Below are positions 10,879 through 24,171 of a DNA stretch of 45,232 nt, piece by piece (positions within the stretch are counted from its first letter, which is position 1; every line of letters begins with the position of its first letter). The notes under the pieces are model-generated. The model made no database searches and was not told the origin of the DNA. It saw nothing but the letters and a program-made list of their open reading frames with translations. The position numbers and the translations under genes were made by a program. Source of the DNA: Thermoanaerobaculia bacterium (lineage in GTDB: Bacteria > Acidobacteriota > Thermoanaerobaculia > UBA5066 > Gp7-AA6); the NCBI GenBank assembly GCA_036397915.1, contig DASWIB010000203.1, forward strand, positions 1 through 45,232. The letters are read 5' to 3'.

Positions 10879-12302
10879 TTTCCGATGCAGAAGGCCGAGA
10901 AGATCCGCTCGAGAACGTCTTCCGACGTCGTCTCGCCGAAGACGTCCGCGAGCGCGGCCAGAGCCGAATCAACGTGGGTCGCCGCGTACTCCGGCGAGAC
11001 GCCGCGCCCGAGTGCGCCCAGCGCTTCGTCCGTCGCCCCACGGGCGCGCTCGACCAGGTCGCGCTGGCGCACCGACCCGAGCACCTCCGAAGCGGAGTCG
11101 CTCGTCACGTCCGATGCGATGGTCTGCTCGAGCAGCGCGCGCAGCTTCGCACCGGCGTCGGAGGCGAGCCCGCGCAAGGCCAGTGCTCGGGGCGGTCCGC
11201 TCGCAGTGCGCACCGGCGATCCGTCCAGGGGGTTCGGGGGACCGCAAGGTCCCCCGCTGAGATTACTCGGACAAACTCCCAGGAGGTCGATCTTGTTCGC
11301 GACGAAAACGACCGGCTTTCCGTCGAGCCCCTCGACCGCCTCCCGGTCCTCCTCGATCCATCCCGCCGCGGCGTCGAAGACGTACAGGATCGCCGCGGCC
11401 CTTTGCCCCTCGTCGCGGGCGCGCTCGACTCCGATCCGCTCGATGCGGTCGTCGGTATCGCGGAGGCCCGCGGTGTCCACGAGCTCGACGGGGATCCCCC
11501 GCACGTCGAGCGTCGCGTGGAGGGTGTCGCGCGTCGTGCCGGGAACGTCCGTGACGATCGCCCGCTCCGTCCCGAGGAGCGCGTTGAAGAGCGTCGATTT
11601 GCCCGCGTTGGGACGGCCGAGGATCGCGACGCGGCAGCCACTGGAGAGAAGGCGCCCCGTGTCCCAGCTCGCCGCCAGGCGGGCGAAGCAATCGCGCGCG
11701 GCGGCGAGACGCTCGGGGACGGATGGGTCCACGTCTTCGCCGACGTCCTCGGCGAAGTCGATCGTCGCGGCGAGGCTCGCCGCCGCGGCCAGGAGGTCCT
11801 CACGCGCCCGACCGAGGCGCGAAGAGAGCCCTCCCTGGAGCCTCGCAGACGAGACGCGAGCGGCGGCCTCGGTCCGGGACTCGATCAAGTCCCGGATCGC
11901 CTCGGCTTCGACGAGATCCAGCTTGCCCGAGCGGAACGCTCTCTCCGTGAACTCGCCGGGACGAGCGGCGCGCGCGCCCGCCGCGGCGAGGAGACGGAGA
12001 AGCCTCTCGACGACGATCGGGCTCCCGTGCACGGAGAGCTCCGCCACGTCCTCGCCCGTATACGACGCCGGAGCGGCGAAGAGCGTCGCGAGCCCGCGGT
12101 CGATCGCCTCGCCCTCGAGATCGCAGAGCGAAACGAGGTACGGCCGGCGCGGTTCGATCCGCTCCCGCAGCTCCGGCGCGACCCGCGCGAGGATCTCGCG
12201 CGTGCGGTCGCCCGAAAGGCGCACGATCGCGACGGCGGAGCGGCCGAGGGGCGTCGCCAGAGCGGCGATCGTGTCGAGAAGCGAGTCGGAAGCGGGACGC
12301 AT
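10875..12302 (-). CDS. mnmE: tRNA modification GTPase MnmE (TrmE), carrying an in-frame repeat insertion
   Basis: 475 aa with an N-terminal [20 protein letters not shown]1 [10 protein letters not shown]3 DTAG, G4 NKID and a C-terminal FCIGK. Repeat copy A2 lies between G4 and the G5-like LASDAG. Confidence 0.93.
   Translation of the reverse strand: MRPASDSLLDTIAALATPLGRSAVAIVRLSGDRTREILARVAPELRERIEPRRPYLVSLCDLEGEAIDRGLATLFAAPASYTGEDVAELSVHGSPIVVERLLRLLAAAGARAARPGEFTERAFRSGKLDLVEAEAIRDLIESRTEAAARVSSARLQGGLSSRLGRAREDLLAAAASLAATIDFAEDVGEDVDPSVPERLAAARDCFARLAASWDTGRLLSSGCRVAILGRPNAGKSTLFNALLGTERAIVTDVPGTTRDTLHATLDVRGIPVELVDTAGLRDTDDRIERIGVERARDEGQRAAAILYVFDAAAGWIEEDREAVEGLDGKPVVFVANKIDLLGVCPSNLSGGPCGPPNPLDGSPVRTASGPPRALALRGLASDAGAKLRALLEQTIASDVTSDSASEVLGSVRQRDLVERARGATDEALGALGRGVSPEYAATHVDSALAALADVFGETTSEDVLERIFSAFCIGK
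11225..11283 (+). repeat. Family-A repeat, copy A2, located inside the mnmE ORF
   Basis: ccagggggttcgggggaccgcaaggtcccccgctgagattactcggacaaactcccagg. On the mnmE strand it reads [20 protein letters not shown] with no stop or frameshift. Confidence 0.9.
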
Positions 12303-12391
12303 GTCAGAACGGTGTCCTATACAGCTGCGGTGGTGAGGTCAGCTTCCTCACGCCCGTCCCCGTCTTCCGGGGACCCCGGGGTGCCGACCTC

Positions 12392-13135
12392 TCAGCGCGA
12401 TTTGAGCTTGACGGCGACGCGCTTTAGGAACCCGTCGCCCTCGCTTTCGGTCTCCACCTCGGGATCCTCTGCGAGCGCGAGGTGAACGAGTCGCCGTTCG
12501 CCCGGCGAGAGCGGCGGGAGGAGTTGCGCCCGGCGCGTGCGTTTGGCCTCCGCGGCAGATCGGTGCGCGAGCTCCTCGAGCGACTCGCGCTGGTGCGCGC
12601 GAAAGCCTTCTGCGTCGAGGCGAGGGTAGACCGGCCGGCCGAGGCGGTGGCTCGCGATCCGGCCCGTCAAGACCTCGAGGCCGTTCAACCCCTCACCCTT
12701 GTTCGCGAGGAGCGGCTCGACATCGTCGCCGATCAGCTCGATCACCATTTCCTCTCCGGAAGTCTGCCTCCGGGTCTCGAGCAGGAACCCCGCCGCCGAC
12801 AGGAGCTCGGACAGCGTCGACTCGACGGCGCCGAACGCCTCTTCGTCCAGGACGGGAGCGGGCGAGCGTCGCGCGCCCTCCGCGGCGGCGGTCGTCTCCC
12901 GCTCGAGCGCCGCGGGAGGTTGATCGAGCGCCGTCTGCGCGACCGCCGAGGTCGGCTCCGCCGGCGGCACGGGCTTCTCGTTTCGCGCCTCCTCCACTTC
13001 GATCTCGACGATCCGGCCACCCCAGAAGGACTTCTCGTCCCGCACGACCCGATACTTCACTTCGGCGGCGGAACGCCCGAGCACGTGGGCGGCTCGTGCC
13101 ACCGCGTCCGCTTCGGTCTTCGCTTCGAACCTCAT
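12392..13135 (-). CDS. jag: Jag/KhpB-type RNA-binding protein (Jag_N + KH + R3H)
   Basis: The Jag_N-like start is MRFEAKTEADAVARAAHVLG..., and the C-terminal R3H is ERRLVHLALAEDPEVETESEGDGFLKRVAV. The first 21 codons of the track ORF (MCPNNLFAGDLAAPEPP...) are read-through of repeat A3, so the start is placed at the ATG at 13135. Confidence 0.85.
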   Translation of the reverse strand: MRFEAKTEADAVARAAHVLGRSAAEVKYRVVRDEKSFWGGRIVEIEVEEARNEKPVPPAEPTSAVAQTALDQPPAALERETTAAAEGARRSPAPVLDEEAFGAVESTLSELLSAAGFLLETRRQTSGEEMVIELIGDDVEPLLANKGEGLNGLEVLTGRIASHRLGRPVYPRLDAEGFRAHQRESLEELAHRSAAEAKRTRRAQLLPPLSPGERRLVHLALAEDPEVETESEGDGFLKRVAVKLKSR

Positions 13136-13145
13136 CGTCCGTCTC

Positions 13146-13204
13146 CTCGGGGGTTCGGGGGCCGCAAGGTCTCCCGCAAAAAGATTATTCGGACACACTC
13201 CTGG
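13146..13204 (+). repeat. Family-A repeat, copy A3 (yidC-jag spacer)
   Basis: ctcgggggttcgggggccgcaaggtctcccgcaaaaagattattcggacacactcctgg. The hairpin has one compensated change (GGGGGCC/GGTCTCCC). Confidence 0.85.
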
Positions 13205-13207
13205 CGA

Positions 13208-14836
13208 TTACGCGCGCGCCGGCTTGAGCTTGGCCGGCTTGGCCGTCTTGCCCGGCCCCCCGTCGTCGCGCCCCATTCGATTGATCAGCATCTGCTGGAG
13301 GATCGTCAGCACGTTCGAGAACAGCCAGTAGAGGACGAGGCCCGACGGCATGTTCTTCAGCATGAATCCCCACAGGAGAGGCATCGCCATGAAGATCTTC
13401 TTCTGCATCGGGTCGATCGTCGACGGCGTCATCGCCTGCTGGATGTACATCGTGACGATCATGAGGATCACGAGCACGTAGCTGCCGTCCATCGCCGAGA
13501 GGTCGCGAATCCACAGCAGGAACGGCGCGTGCCTCAGCTCGACGGCGCGAGACAACACGTTGTAGAACGCGACGAGGATCGGGAGCTGCAGGATGACGGG
13601 GAAGCATCCGCTCATCGGGTTGTACCCCTCCGCCTGGTAGAGCGCCATGAGCTCCTGGTTCATCTTCTGGCGCTGGGCGGCATCCGTCTTCGACTTCTTG
13701 TACTTGTCGCGGATCGCGTTCATCTTCGGCGCGAGCTTTTGCATCTTCTTCATGGACGCGTAGCTCTTGTGCATGAGCGGGAACAGAAGGATCCGGATCA
13801 GGAGCGTCACGAGCAGGATCGCGAGCCCGTAGTTCCCCAACCAGGAGTAGGTCTTCCTCAGGAGCCACAACAGCGGGCGGGCGAGGATTCCGAACCATCC
13901 GAAATCCACCGTCCGCTCGAGGCCGAGACCGGTGGCCTCCAGGATGTCGACGTCCTTCGGCCCGAAGAAGGCGCGGAGGTCCAGGACCCCGCTCGAAGAC
14001 ACGCCCGCCGAGACGAGCGCCTCTCCCTTGGCCGCCGCGTCGCCGGCGGGAGGAGAGTGTGTGAACGGAACGAGTCGCGCCGACGCCGGCTGCCGCGGAG
14101 CGAGCACGGTCAGGAAGTAGTTGTCCTCGAGCCCGACGAAGCCGTTCGGTGGGAGAGGCCAGCTCTGTTCGGCTTTCAGCTTCTCTGCGGCGATCACCTC
14201 GATCCCCCCGCCGGAGGATGCCACCGCGGTCGGCGGCATGACGTAGCTCGACGCGCGCTCCTTCTCCGTCAGATTGCGCAGGCCGGTGCCCGCGAGAAGC
14301 GTGAAGGGCGGGCCGGCGACGGAGACCTTGACGTCGAAGACGTATCCCTCGCCGAGCCGGACCTCCTTCGTCACCGAGAGCTGCTCGCCCCCGTACCGAA
14401 AGCGGACCGAGCGGCCCGGCCCGGTTTCGATCGCGTAGAGGGCGCTCGAAGCCAGACGCGTCAACTCCGGATTCCCTGGAAAAACGAGCGCGAGCGGCTT
14501 CGCGGCGGGATCGGCAAGCGCGCGGATCAGCTCGAGCGGCCGCTTCTGATCGTCGAGATGACGGCGTAGAACGAACGAGGTGAGAACGGCGCCGCGATTC
14601 GAGAAGGTCGCGCGGGCGACTCCATTCTCGAGCGTCGACAAACCTTCCTGGGTCCCGACGATTCGCTCGCCTCCGGGAAGCGGAGTCGGAGCCGGCAACG
14701 CGGCGGTGGGGAGGGCGGACGCGGCGCGGGTCGGCACGGATGGGGCCGGGCGTCGCGGCCGTTTCGGGCCCATCCACTCCCAGAGGAGCAGAATGCCGAG
14801 CGAAAGAAGGGCCGCGATCAAGAGCCGCTTCTCCAT
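13208..14836 (-). CDS. yidC: Membrane protein insertase YidC
   Basis: 542 aa with an N-terminal TM helix, a large periplasmic domain, and a C-terminal 60-kDa IMP core (LLIRILLFPL...KMQKLAPKM...GCFPVILQLPILVAFY). Confidence 0.95.
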   Translation of the reverse strand: MEKRLLIAALLSLGILLLWEWMGPKRPRRPAPSVPTRAASALPTAALPAPTPLPGGERIVGTQEGLSTLENGVARATFSNRGAVLTSFVLRRHLDDQKRPLELIRALADPAAKPLALVFPGNPELTRLASSALYAIETGPGRSVRFRYGGEQLSVTKEVRLGEGYVFDVKVSVAGPPFTLLAGTGLRNLTEKERASSYVMPPTAVASSGGGIEVIAAEKLKAEQSWPLPPNGFVGLEDNYFLTVLAPRQPASARLVPFTHSPPAGDAAAKGEALVSAGVSSSGVLDLRAFFGPKDVDILEATGLGLERTVDFGWFGILARPLLWLLRKTYSWLGNYGLAILLVTLLIRILLFPLMHKSYASMKKMQKLAPKMNAIRDKYKKSKTDAAQRQKMNQELMALYQAEGYNPMSGCFPVILQLPILVAFYNVLSRAVELRHAPFLLWIRDLSAMDGSYVLVILMIVTMYIQQAMTPSTIDPMQKKIFMAMPLLWGFMLKNMPSGLVLYWLFSNVLTILQQMLINRMGRDDGGPGKTAKPAKLKPARA

Positions 14837-14862
14837 TGCGCTTCAGGCTCCCGTCGAACGCG

Positions 14863-14920
14863 CCAGGGGGTTCGGGGGACCGCAAGGTCCCCCGCTGAGA
14901 TTACTCGGACACACTGCTTG
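14863..14920 (+). repeat. Family-A repeat, copy A4 (yidD-yidC spacer)
   Basis: ccagggggttcgggggaccgcaaggtcccccgctgagattactcggacacactgcttg. Confidence 0.9.
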
Positions 14921-14931
14921 ACGTCTCGCGA

Positions 14932-15150
14932 TCATGGGACCGGGTCGAAGCCGCCCGGACGGAATGGGTGGCAGCGCAGAAGGCGCGCGATCGCGAGCCC
15001 CGTGCCCAGGCGGAGACCATACCGCTCGATCGCTTCGCGCGCATAGACCGAGCAAGTCGGCTCGTATCGGCAGGCGCGCGGCAGAAGCGGCGAGACCGCC
15101 GCCTTGTAAAACCTGAGAGCCGAGGAGGCGGCGCGGGCGAGGGAGCTCAT
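14932..15150 (-). CDS. yidD: Membrane protein insertion efficiency factor YidD
   Basis: 72-aa product [46 protein letters not shown]...CHPF..GGFDPVP, the classic YidD motif. The longer track ORF overlaps rnpA. The ATG at 15150 overlaps the rnpA stop. Confidence 0.88.
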   Translation of the reverse strand: MSSLARAASSALRFYKAAVSPLLPRACRYEPTCSVYAREAIERYGLRLGTGLAIARLLRCHPFRPGGFDPVP

Positions 15151-15575
15151 CGAGAGCGCCTCTCCTCCGGCAGGCGCGCGAGGGTCTTCGCGAGAAGAGC
15201 GCGATACTCCTCGGCCAGCTCGGCGAAGGAGGCCTGGGAGGAGGACGAACGCGCGTTCACCACGAGGTCTGCCACTCGGCGGCCGAACACGTCGCGGTTC
15301 CGCCGGAAGATTTCGCGGAGCCGACGTCGGACGCGGTTGCGAGTCACGGCGCCGCCGACCCTTCTTCCGACCGAGAGCCCGAGCCGAGGGCGCGGCGGCC
15401 GATCCGGCCCCGCCGAAACGGCGCGCGAGGACGTCCCCGCCGGCAGGAGAAACAGCTGGAGATGGCGTCCGGAGACGCGCACTCCGGAGGCATAGCACTC
15501 TTCGAATTCCCGTCGTTTTCGAAGGCGGTCGTCGCGGGAGAACGTCTCCCGGCGACGATCCGGGCCTGAGCTCAC
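15147..15575 (-). CDS. rnpA: Ribonuclease P protein component
   Basis: 142 aa, basic, with an RNR-type motif ([15 protein letters not shown]). The GTG start overlaps the rpmH stop (GTGA). Gene order rpmH-rnpA-yidD-yidC is conserved. Confidence 0.88.
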   Translation of the reverse strand: MSSGPDRRRETFSRDDRLRKRREFEECYASGVRVSGRHLQLFLLPAGTSSRAVSAGPDRPPRPRLGLSVGRRVGGAVTRNRVRRRLREIFRRNRDVFGRRVADLVVNARSSSSQASFAELAEEYRALLAKTLARLPEERRSR

Positions 15576-15706
15576 ACCGAGAGTTTCTTGCGTCCTTTGC
15601 GCCGCCGCGCCGAGATCACCGCGCGGCCCGAACGGGTCCGCATGCGCACAAGGAACCCGTGGGTGCGCTTGCGCCGCCGATTGTGAGGCTGGTACGTCCG
15701 CTTCAT
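15572..15706 (-). CDS. rpmH: 50S ribosomal protein L34
   Basis: Hand translation gives [44 protein letters not shown] (44 aa), which is canonical L34. It is below the ORF-track size cutoff. Confidence 0.95.
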   Translation of the reverse strand: MKRTYQPHNRRRKRTHGFLVRMRTRSGRAVISARRRKGRKKLSV

Positions 15707-15770
15707 GAAAAACGCGCCATCCTAGGTGCGGCGTGGGCGGAAGTCAAGGCAACGAGCCTTCAGCCTGACG

Positions 15771-15830
15771 CCAGGGGGCTCGGGGGACCGCAAGGTCCCC
15801 CGCGAAAAGATCACTCGGACATACTCCTGG
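15771..15830 (+). repeat. Family-A repeat, copy A5 (rpmH-dnaA divergent spacer)
   Basis: ccagggggctcgggggaccgcaaggtcccccgcgaaaagatcactcggacatactcctgg, with CCAGG/CCTGG termini. Confidence 0.9.
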
Positions 15831-15888
15831 GACCCGATAGCTCTGGTCTCCCTGCTCCTGTATACTCCGCCGCCTTCTTCGAAAGAGG

Positions 15889-15920
15889 CTTTCCACAGCT
15901 GCGGAAAAACTTGCGGAAAA
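15889..15920. promoter_or_regulatory. Cluster of DnaA-box-like 9-mers immediately upstream of dnaA
   Basis: CTTTCCACA (15889-15897) and two copies of TGCGGAAAA (the reverse of TTTTCCGCA; 15900-15908 and 15912-15920). Each has 2 mismatches to TTATCCACA. The position fits dnaA autoregulation. Confidence 0.45.
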
Positions 15921-15932
15921 CCGGGGCCTGCC

Positions 15933-17249
15933 ATGAGCGAGATCTGGTCCTCCATCGTCAAGAATCTCGAGGGGAAGCTCGACCCGAAAGAGCTGAAGAC
16001 CTGGTTCGCGCCGACCCGCCAGGTCTCCTTCGACGCCCGAGGTGAGGCCGGGGCGCTCACGGTCGCGGTCCCGAGTCCCGTCTTTGCCGAATGGCTGGGT
16101 ATTCGACACGGAGCGCTTCTCGAACGCGAAGCCGCGGCCGCGGGATTCCCGGGTCTCGCCATCCAGTTCCTGCCGATCGAGACCGATGGTCCTTCGGCAG
16201 CGCCCGCTTCCGTCGCGCCGGCGGCCATGCGCGGGCTCGTCCTGAACCCGCGCTTCACGTTCGACACGTTCGTGGTGGGGTCCTCGAATCAGTTTGCCCA
16301 CGCCGCGGCGCGCGCCGTGGCGGAGTCCCCCTCCTGCTCGTACAACCCTCTGTTCCTTTACGGCGGAGTCGGCCTCGGCAAGACCCACCTCATGCACGCG
16401 ATCGCCCACGAGATCCTGCGGTGCTCGCCGGGGATGCGGGTGATGTATCTGTCGGCCGAGCGGTTCCTGAACGAGCTCATCAACGCTCTTCGGTTCGAGA
16501 AGATGCACGAGTTCAAGAGCCGCTACCGCGAGCTCGACGCGCTCCTCGTGGACGACGTGCAGTTCATCGCTGGCAAGGACTCGACTCAGGAGGAGTTCTT
16601 TCACACGTTCAACGCGCTGCACGACGCGCAGAAGCAGATCGTCGTCACCTCGGACGCTCTGCCGAAGGAGATTCCGACGCTCGAAGAGCGCCTGCGTTCC
16701 CGCTTCGAGTGGGGGCTGATCGCCGACATCCAGCCGCCGGATCTCGAGATGAAGGTCGCGATCGTCCGGAAAAAAGCCGCGGCGGAAAAGGCGGAGATCC
16801 CGGACGACGTTTCCCTCTTCATCGCCGGGACCGTCAAGTCGAACATCCGGGAGCTCGAGGGGAGGCTGAACCGCGTGCTCGCGTTCTCCTCGTTGACGGG
16901 TAAGCCCGTCTCCGTCGAGCTCGCCCGCGAGACCCTTCGCGACATCCTGGGACACGACGAAAACAGGGCGGTTCCTTCGGAGATATTGAAGACCGTTGCC
17001 ATGCACTACGGCCTTCGCGTCTCGGACCTCAAAGCGAAGACGAACGCGAAGCCCATCGCGTTTCCGCGTCAGGTCGCGATGTTCCTCTGTCGGCGATTGA
17101 CCGGCCTCTCGTACCCGGAGATCGGGCGACTCTTCAACGACAAGCACCATTCGACGGTGATGCACTCCGTCGAAAAGATCGAGAAGATGATCGAAGACGA
17201 TCCGGATTTCCGCAAAGTCATCGAGAGCTTCCAGCAGCCTTACCGCTGA
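15933..17249 (+). CDS. dnaA: Chromosomal replication initiator protein DnaA
   Basis: MSEIWSSIVKNLEGKL... start, AAA+ Walker A GGVGLGKTHL, and the C-terminal DNA-binding motif (RQVAMFLCRRLTGLSYPEIGRLFN.KHHSTVMHS). The upstream 69 codons of the track ORF run through repeat A5, so the start is placed at the ATG at 15933. Confidence 0.96.
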   Translation: MSEIWSSIVKNLEGKLDPKELKTWFAPTRQVSFDARGEAGALTVAVPSPVFAEWLGIRHGALLEREAAAAGFPGLAIQFLPIETDGPSAAPASVAPAAMRGLVLNPRFTFDTFVVGSSNQFAHAAARAVAESPSCSYNPLFLYGGVGLGKTHLMHAIAHEILRCSPGMRVMYLSAERFLNELINALRFEKMHEFKSRYRELDALLVDDVQFIAGKDSTQEEFFHTFNALHDAQKQIVVTSDALPKEIPTLEERLRSRFEWGLIADIQPPDLEMKVAIVRKKAAAEKAEIPDDVSLFIAGTVKSNIRELEGRLNRVLAFSSLTGKPVSVELARETLRDILGHDENRAVPSEILKTVAMHYGLRVSDLKAKTNAKPIAFPRQVAMFLCRRLTGLSYPEIGRLFNDKHHSTVMHSVEKIEKMIEDDPDFRKVIESFQQPYR

Positions 17250-17477
17250 TTCCCCGGTTCACGGCGCGGTTTTTCCGCGACGCGGTTTTCCGCACGGTGC
17301 CCGAGCATGTCGTTCGCTTCCCGGAAACACCTGTTTCCGCATCGCGCCGCAAATGGGTGATGAGGGTTTCAGCCCCGTTTTTGTTGACTTTTTTTGCGGT
17401 TGGTCCGTTCCTCCACAAGCCTATTAAGACAATTGAATGTGATAGACTTTTTATTCAATTCGGAGGTGGGTTCCCCA
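17250..17477. promoter_or_regulatory. oriC candidate: DnaA-box-like repeats plus an AT-rich unwinding stretch in the dnaA-dnaN spacer
   Basis: TTTTCCGCG (17271-17279), TTTTCCGCA (17286-17294), the inverted pair CGGAAACA-CC-TGTTTCCG (17322-17339) and TCCTCCACA (~17409-17417). These are followed by the lowest-GC stretch of the window (17376-17460: gtttttgttgactttttttgcgg...ctattaagacaattgaatgtgatagactttttattcaatt). Confidence 0.6.
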
Positions 17478-18590
17478 ATGGAATTGACGCTCAAGCGGGG
17501 CGATTTCCTGAACGAGCTCGCGCTCATGCAGGGCGTCGTCGAGCGGAAAAACACCATTCCGATCCTCTCCAACATCCTCCTCAAGGCTTCCGACGGTCAC
17601 CTCGATCTGACCTCGACGGATCTAGACCTGACCCTGCTCTCCCAGGCGGAGGCTCGAGTCTCTCGGCCGGGCAGCGTGACCGTGCCGGCGCGCAAGCTCT
17701 TCGATCTCATTCGCAATCTTCCCGAGGCGGACGTCCGCTTGAAGCTGATGGAGAACCACTACCTCGGTGTGACGTGCGAGCGATCGAGCTTTCGTCTCGT
17801 CGCGCAGCCCGCCGAGGACTATCCGACGGTCCCCAAAGTCGAGGGAAAGGGCGGGATGACGTTTCCGCTGGAACCCTGGAAACGGTTGACCCGCAAGGTG
17901 TTATACGCCGTCTCAGCCGAAGAGACCCGGTTCCAGCTGATGGGCGCGCTCTTCAAGGAGCGTGGCAGAGAGTTCGAGCTCGTGGCGACGGACGGTCACC
18001 GTCTGGCGCTGGTCAACTTCGCGCGGGAGGAGGGCCGCGGCACGCTGCCGAACGTCCTCATCCCGAAGAAGGCGCTCGGCGAGATCCTGAAGATGGACGG
18101 CGGCGGGGGGGGCGAGCTCGAGATCCGCCACTCCGAGAACCACCTCCTCTTCCGCGTCGGCAACCGCCAGCTGATCGCCCGGCTGCTCGACGTCAACTTT
18201 CCCGACTACGAGAAGATCCTCGGAAAAGGGAACGACAAAGTCGCGGTCGTTCCCCGCGTCGCCTGTCAGGCAGCGATCCGTCGCGTGGCGCTCTTCTCTC
18301 CCGAGCGCGCGCGGGGAGTGCGTCTCTCCTTCGAGAAGGACCTGCTGACGATCACTTCCGCGAGTCAGGAGCTCGGCGAAGGCAAAGAGAGCCTCGACAT
18401 ACGCTACGACGGCGAGCCGCTCGCGATCGGCCTGAACGCGCAATACCTGCTCGACTTCTTCGACGAGGCGGAGACGGAGAACGTACGCCTCGAGCTCAAG
18501 GACGAGAACACGCAGTGTGTCTGTCACCCCGAAGGGGGTATCGAGGGCGCGTCGCGCTATCTCTACGTCGTCATGCCGATGCGCCTGTGA
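17478..18590 (+). CDS. dnaN: DNA polymerase III beta sliding clamp
   Basis: 370 aa. MELTLKRGDFLNELALMQGVVERKNTIPILSNILLKA is a canonical DnaN N-terminus. An RBS GGAGGTGGG lies 8 nt upstream. The ATG at 17478 was chosen over the longer track ORF. Confidence 0.95.
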   Translation: MELTLKRGDFLNELALMQGVVERKNTIPILSNILLKASDGHLDLTSTDLDLTLLSQAEARVSRPGSVTVPARKLFDLIRNLPEADVRLKLMENHYLGVTCERSSFRLVAQPAEDYPTVPKVEGKGGMTFPLEPWKRLTRKVLYAVSAEETRFQLMGALFKERGREFELVATDGHRLALVNFAREEGRGTLPNVLIPKKALGEILKMDGGGGGELEIRHSENHLLFRVGNRQLIARLLDVNFPDYEKILGKGNDKVAVVPRVACQAAIRRVALFSPERARGVRLSFEKDLLTITSASQELGEGKESLDIRYDGEPLAIGLNAQYLLDFFDEAETENVRLELKDENTQCVCHPEGGIEGASRYLYVVMPMRL

Positions 18591-23918
<5,328 letters not shown>

Positions 23919-23932
23919 GGAGGCTTCCCCCC

Positions 23933-24160
23933 CTGTCATCCCGAGCGAAGCGAGGGATCTGGCCGCGTAGCGGTCATCCTGAGCGAAGCGAAGGATCTCT
24001 TGGCCAAATGGAGAGATCCTTCGTCGCTTCGCTCCTCAGGATGACAACTCGTCGCTTCGCTCCTCGGAATGACAACTCGTCGCTTCGTTCCTCAGGATGA
24101 CAACTCGTCGCTTCGCTCCTCAGGATGACAACTCGTCGCTTCGCTCCTCGGAATGACAGG
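23933..24160. repeat. Family-B repeat cluster in the gyrB-gyrA spacer: two forward half-sites plus five tandem 28-bp reverse half-sites
   Basis: Forward copies are ctgtcatcccgagcgaagcgagggatct (23933-23960) and ggtcatcctgagcgaagcgaaggatctct (from 23972). The reverse unit TCGTCGCTTCG(C/T)TCCTC(A/G)G(G/A)ATGACA(AC/GG) repeats head-to-tail 5 times at 24021-24160 with no spacers. Confidence 0.9.
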
Positions 24161-24171
24161 GTGATCCCGAC

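Noticed and set aside
17322-17339. The palindrome CGGAAACA-CC-TGTTTCCG could be a parS site.
   Set aside because: The half-sites are in the opposite arrangement to parS (TGTTTCAC-GTGAAACA), and they match the local TTTCCGCA DnaA-box-like repeat. It is interpreted as a convergent box pair within oriC.
24021-24160. The 28-bp tandem repeats could be a CRISPR array.
   Set aside because: The units are directly adjacent with no spacers. They are half-sites of the family-B palindrome, and there are no cas genes in the window.
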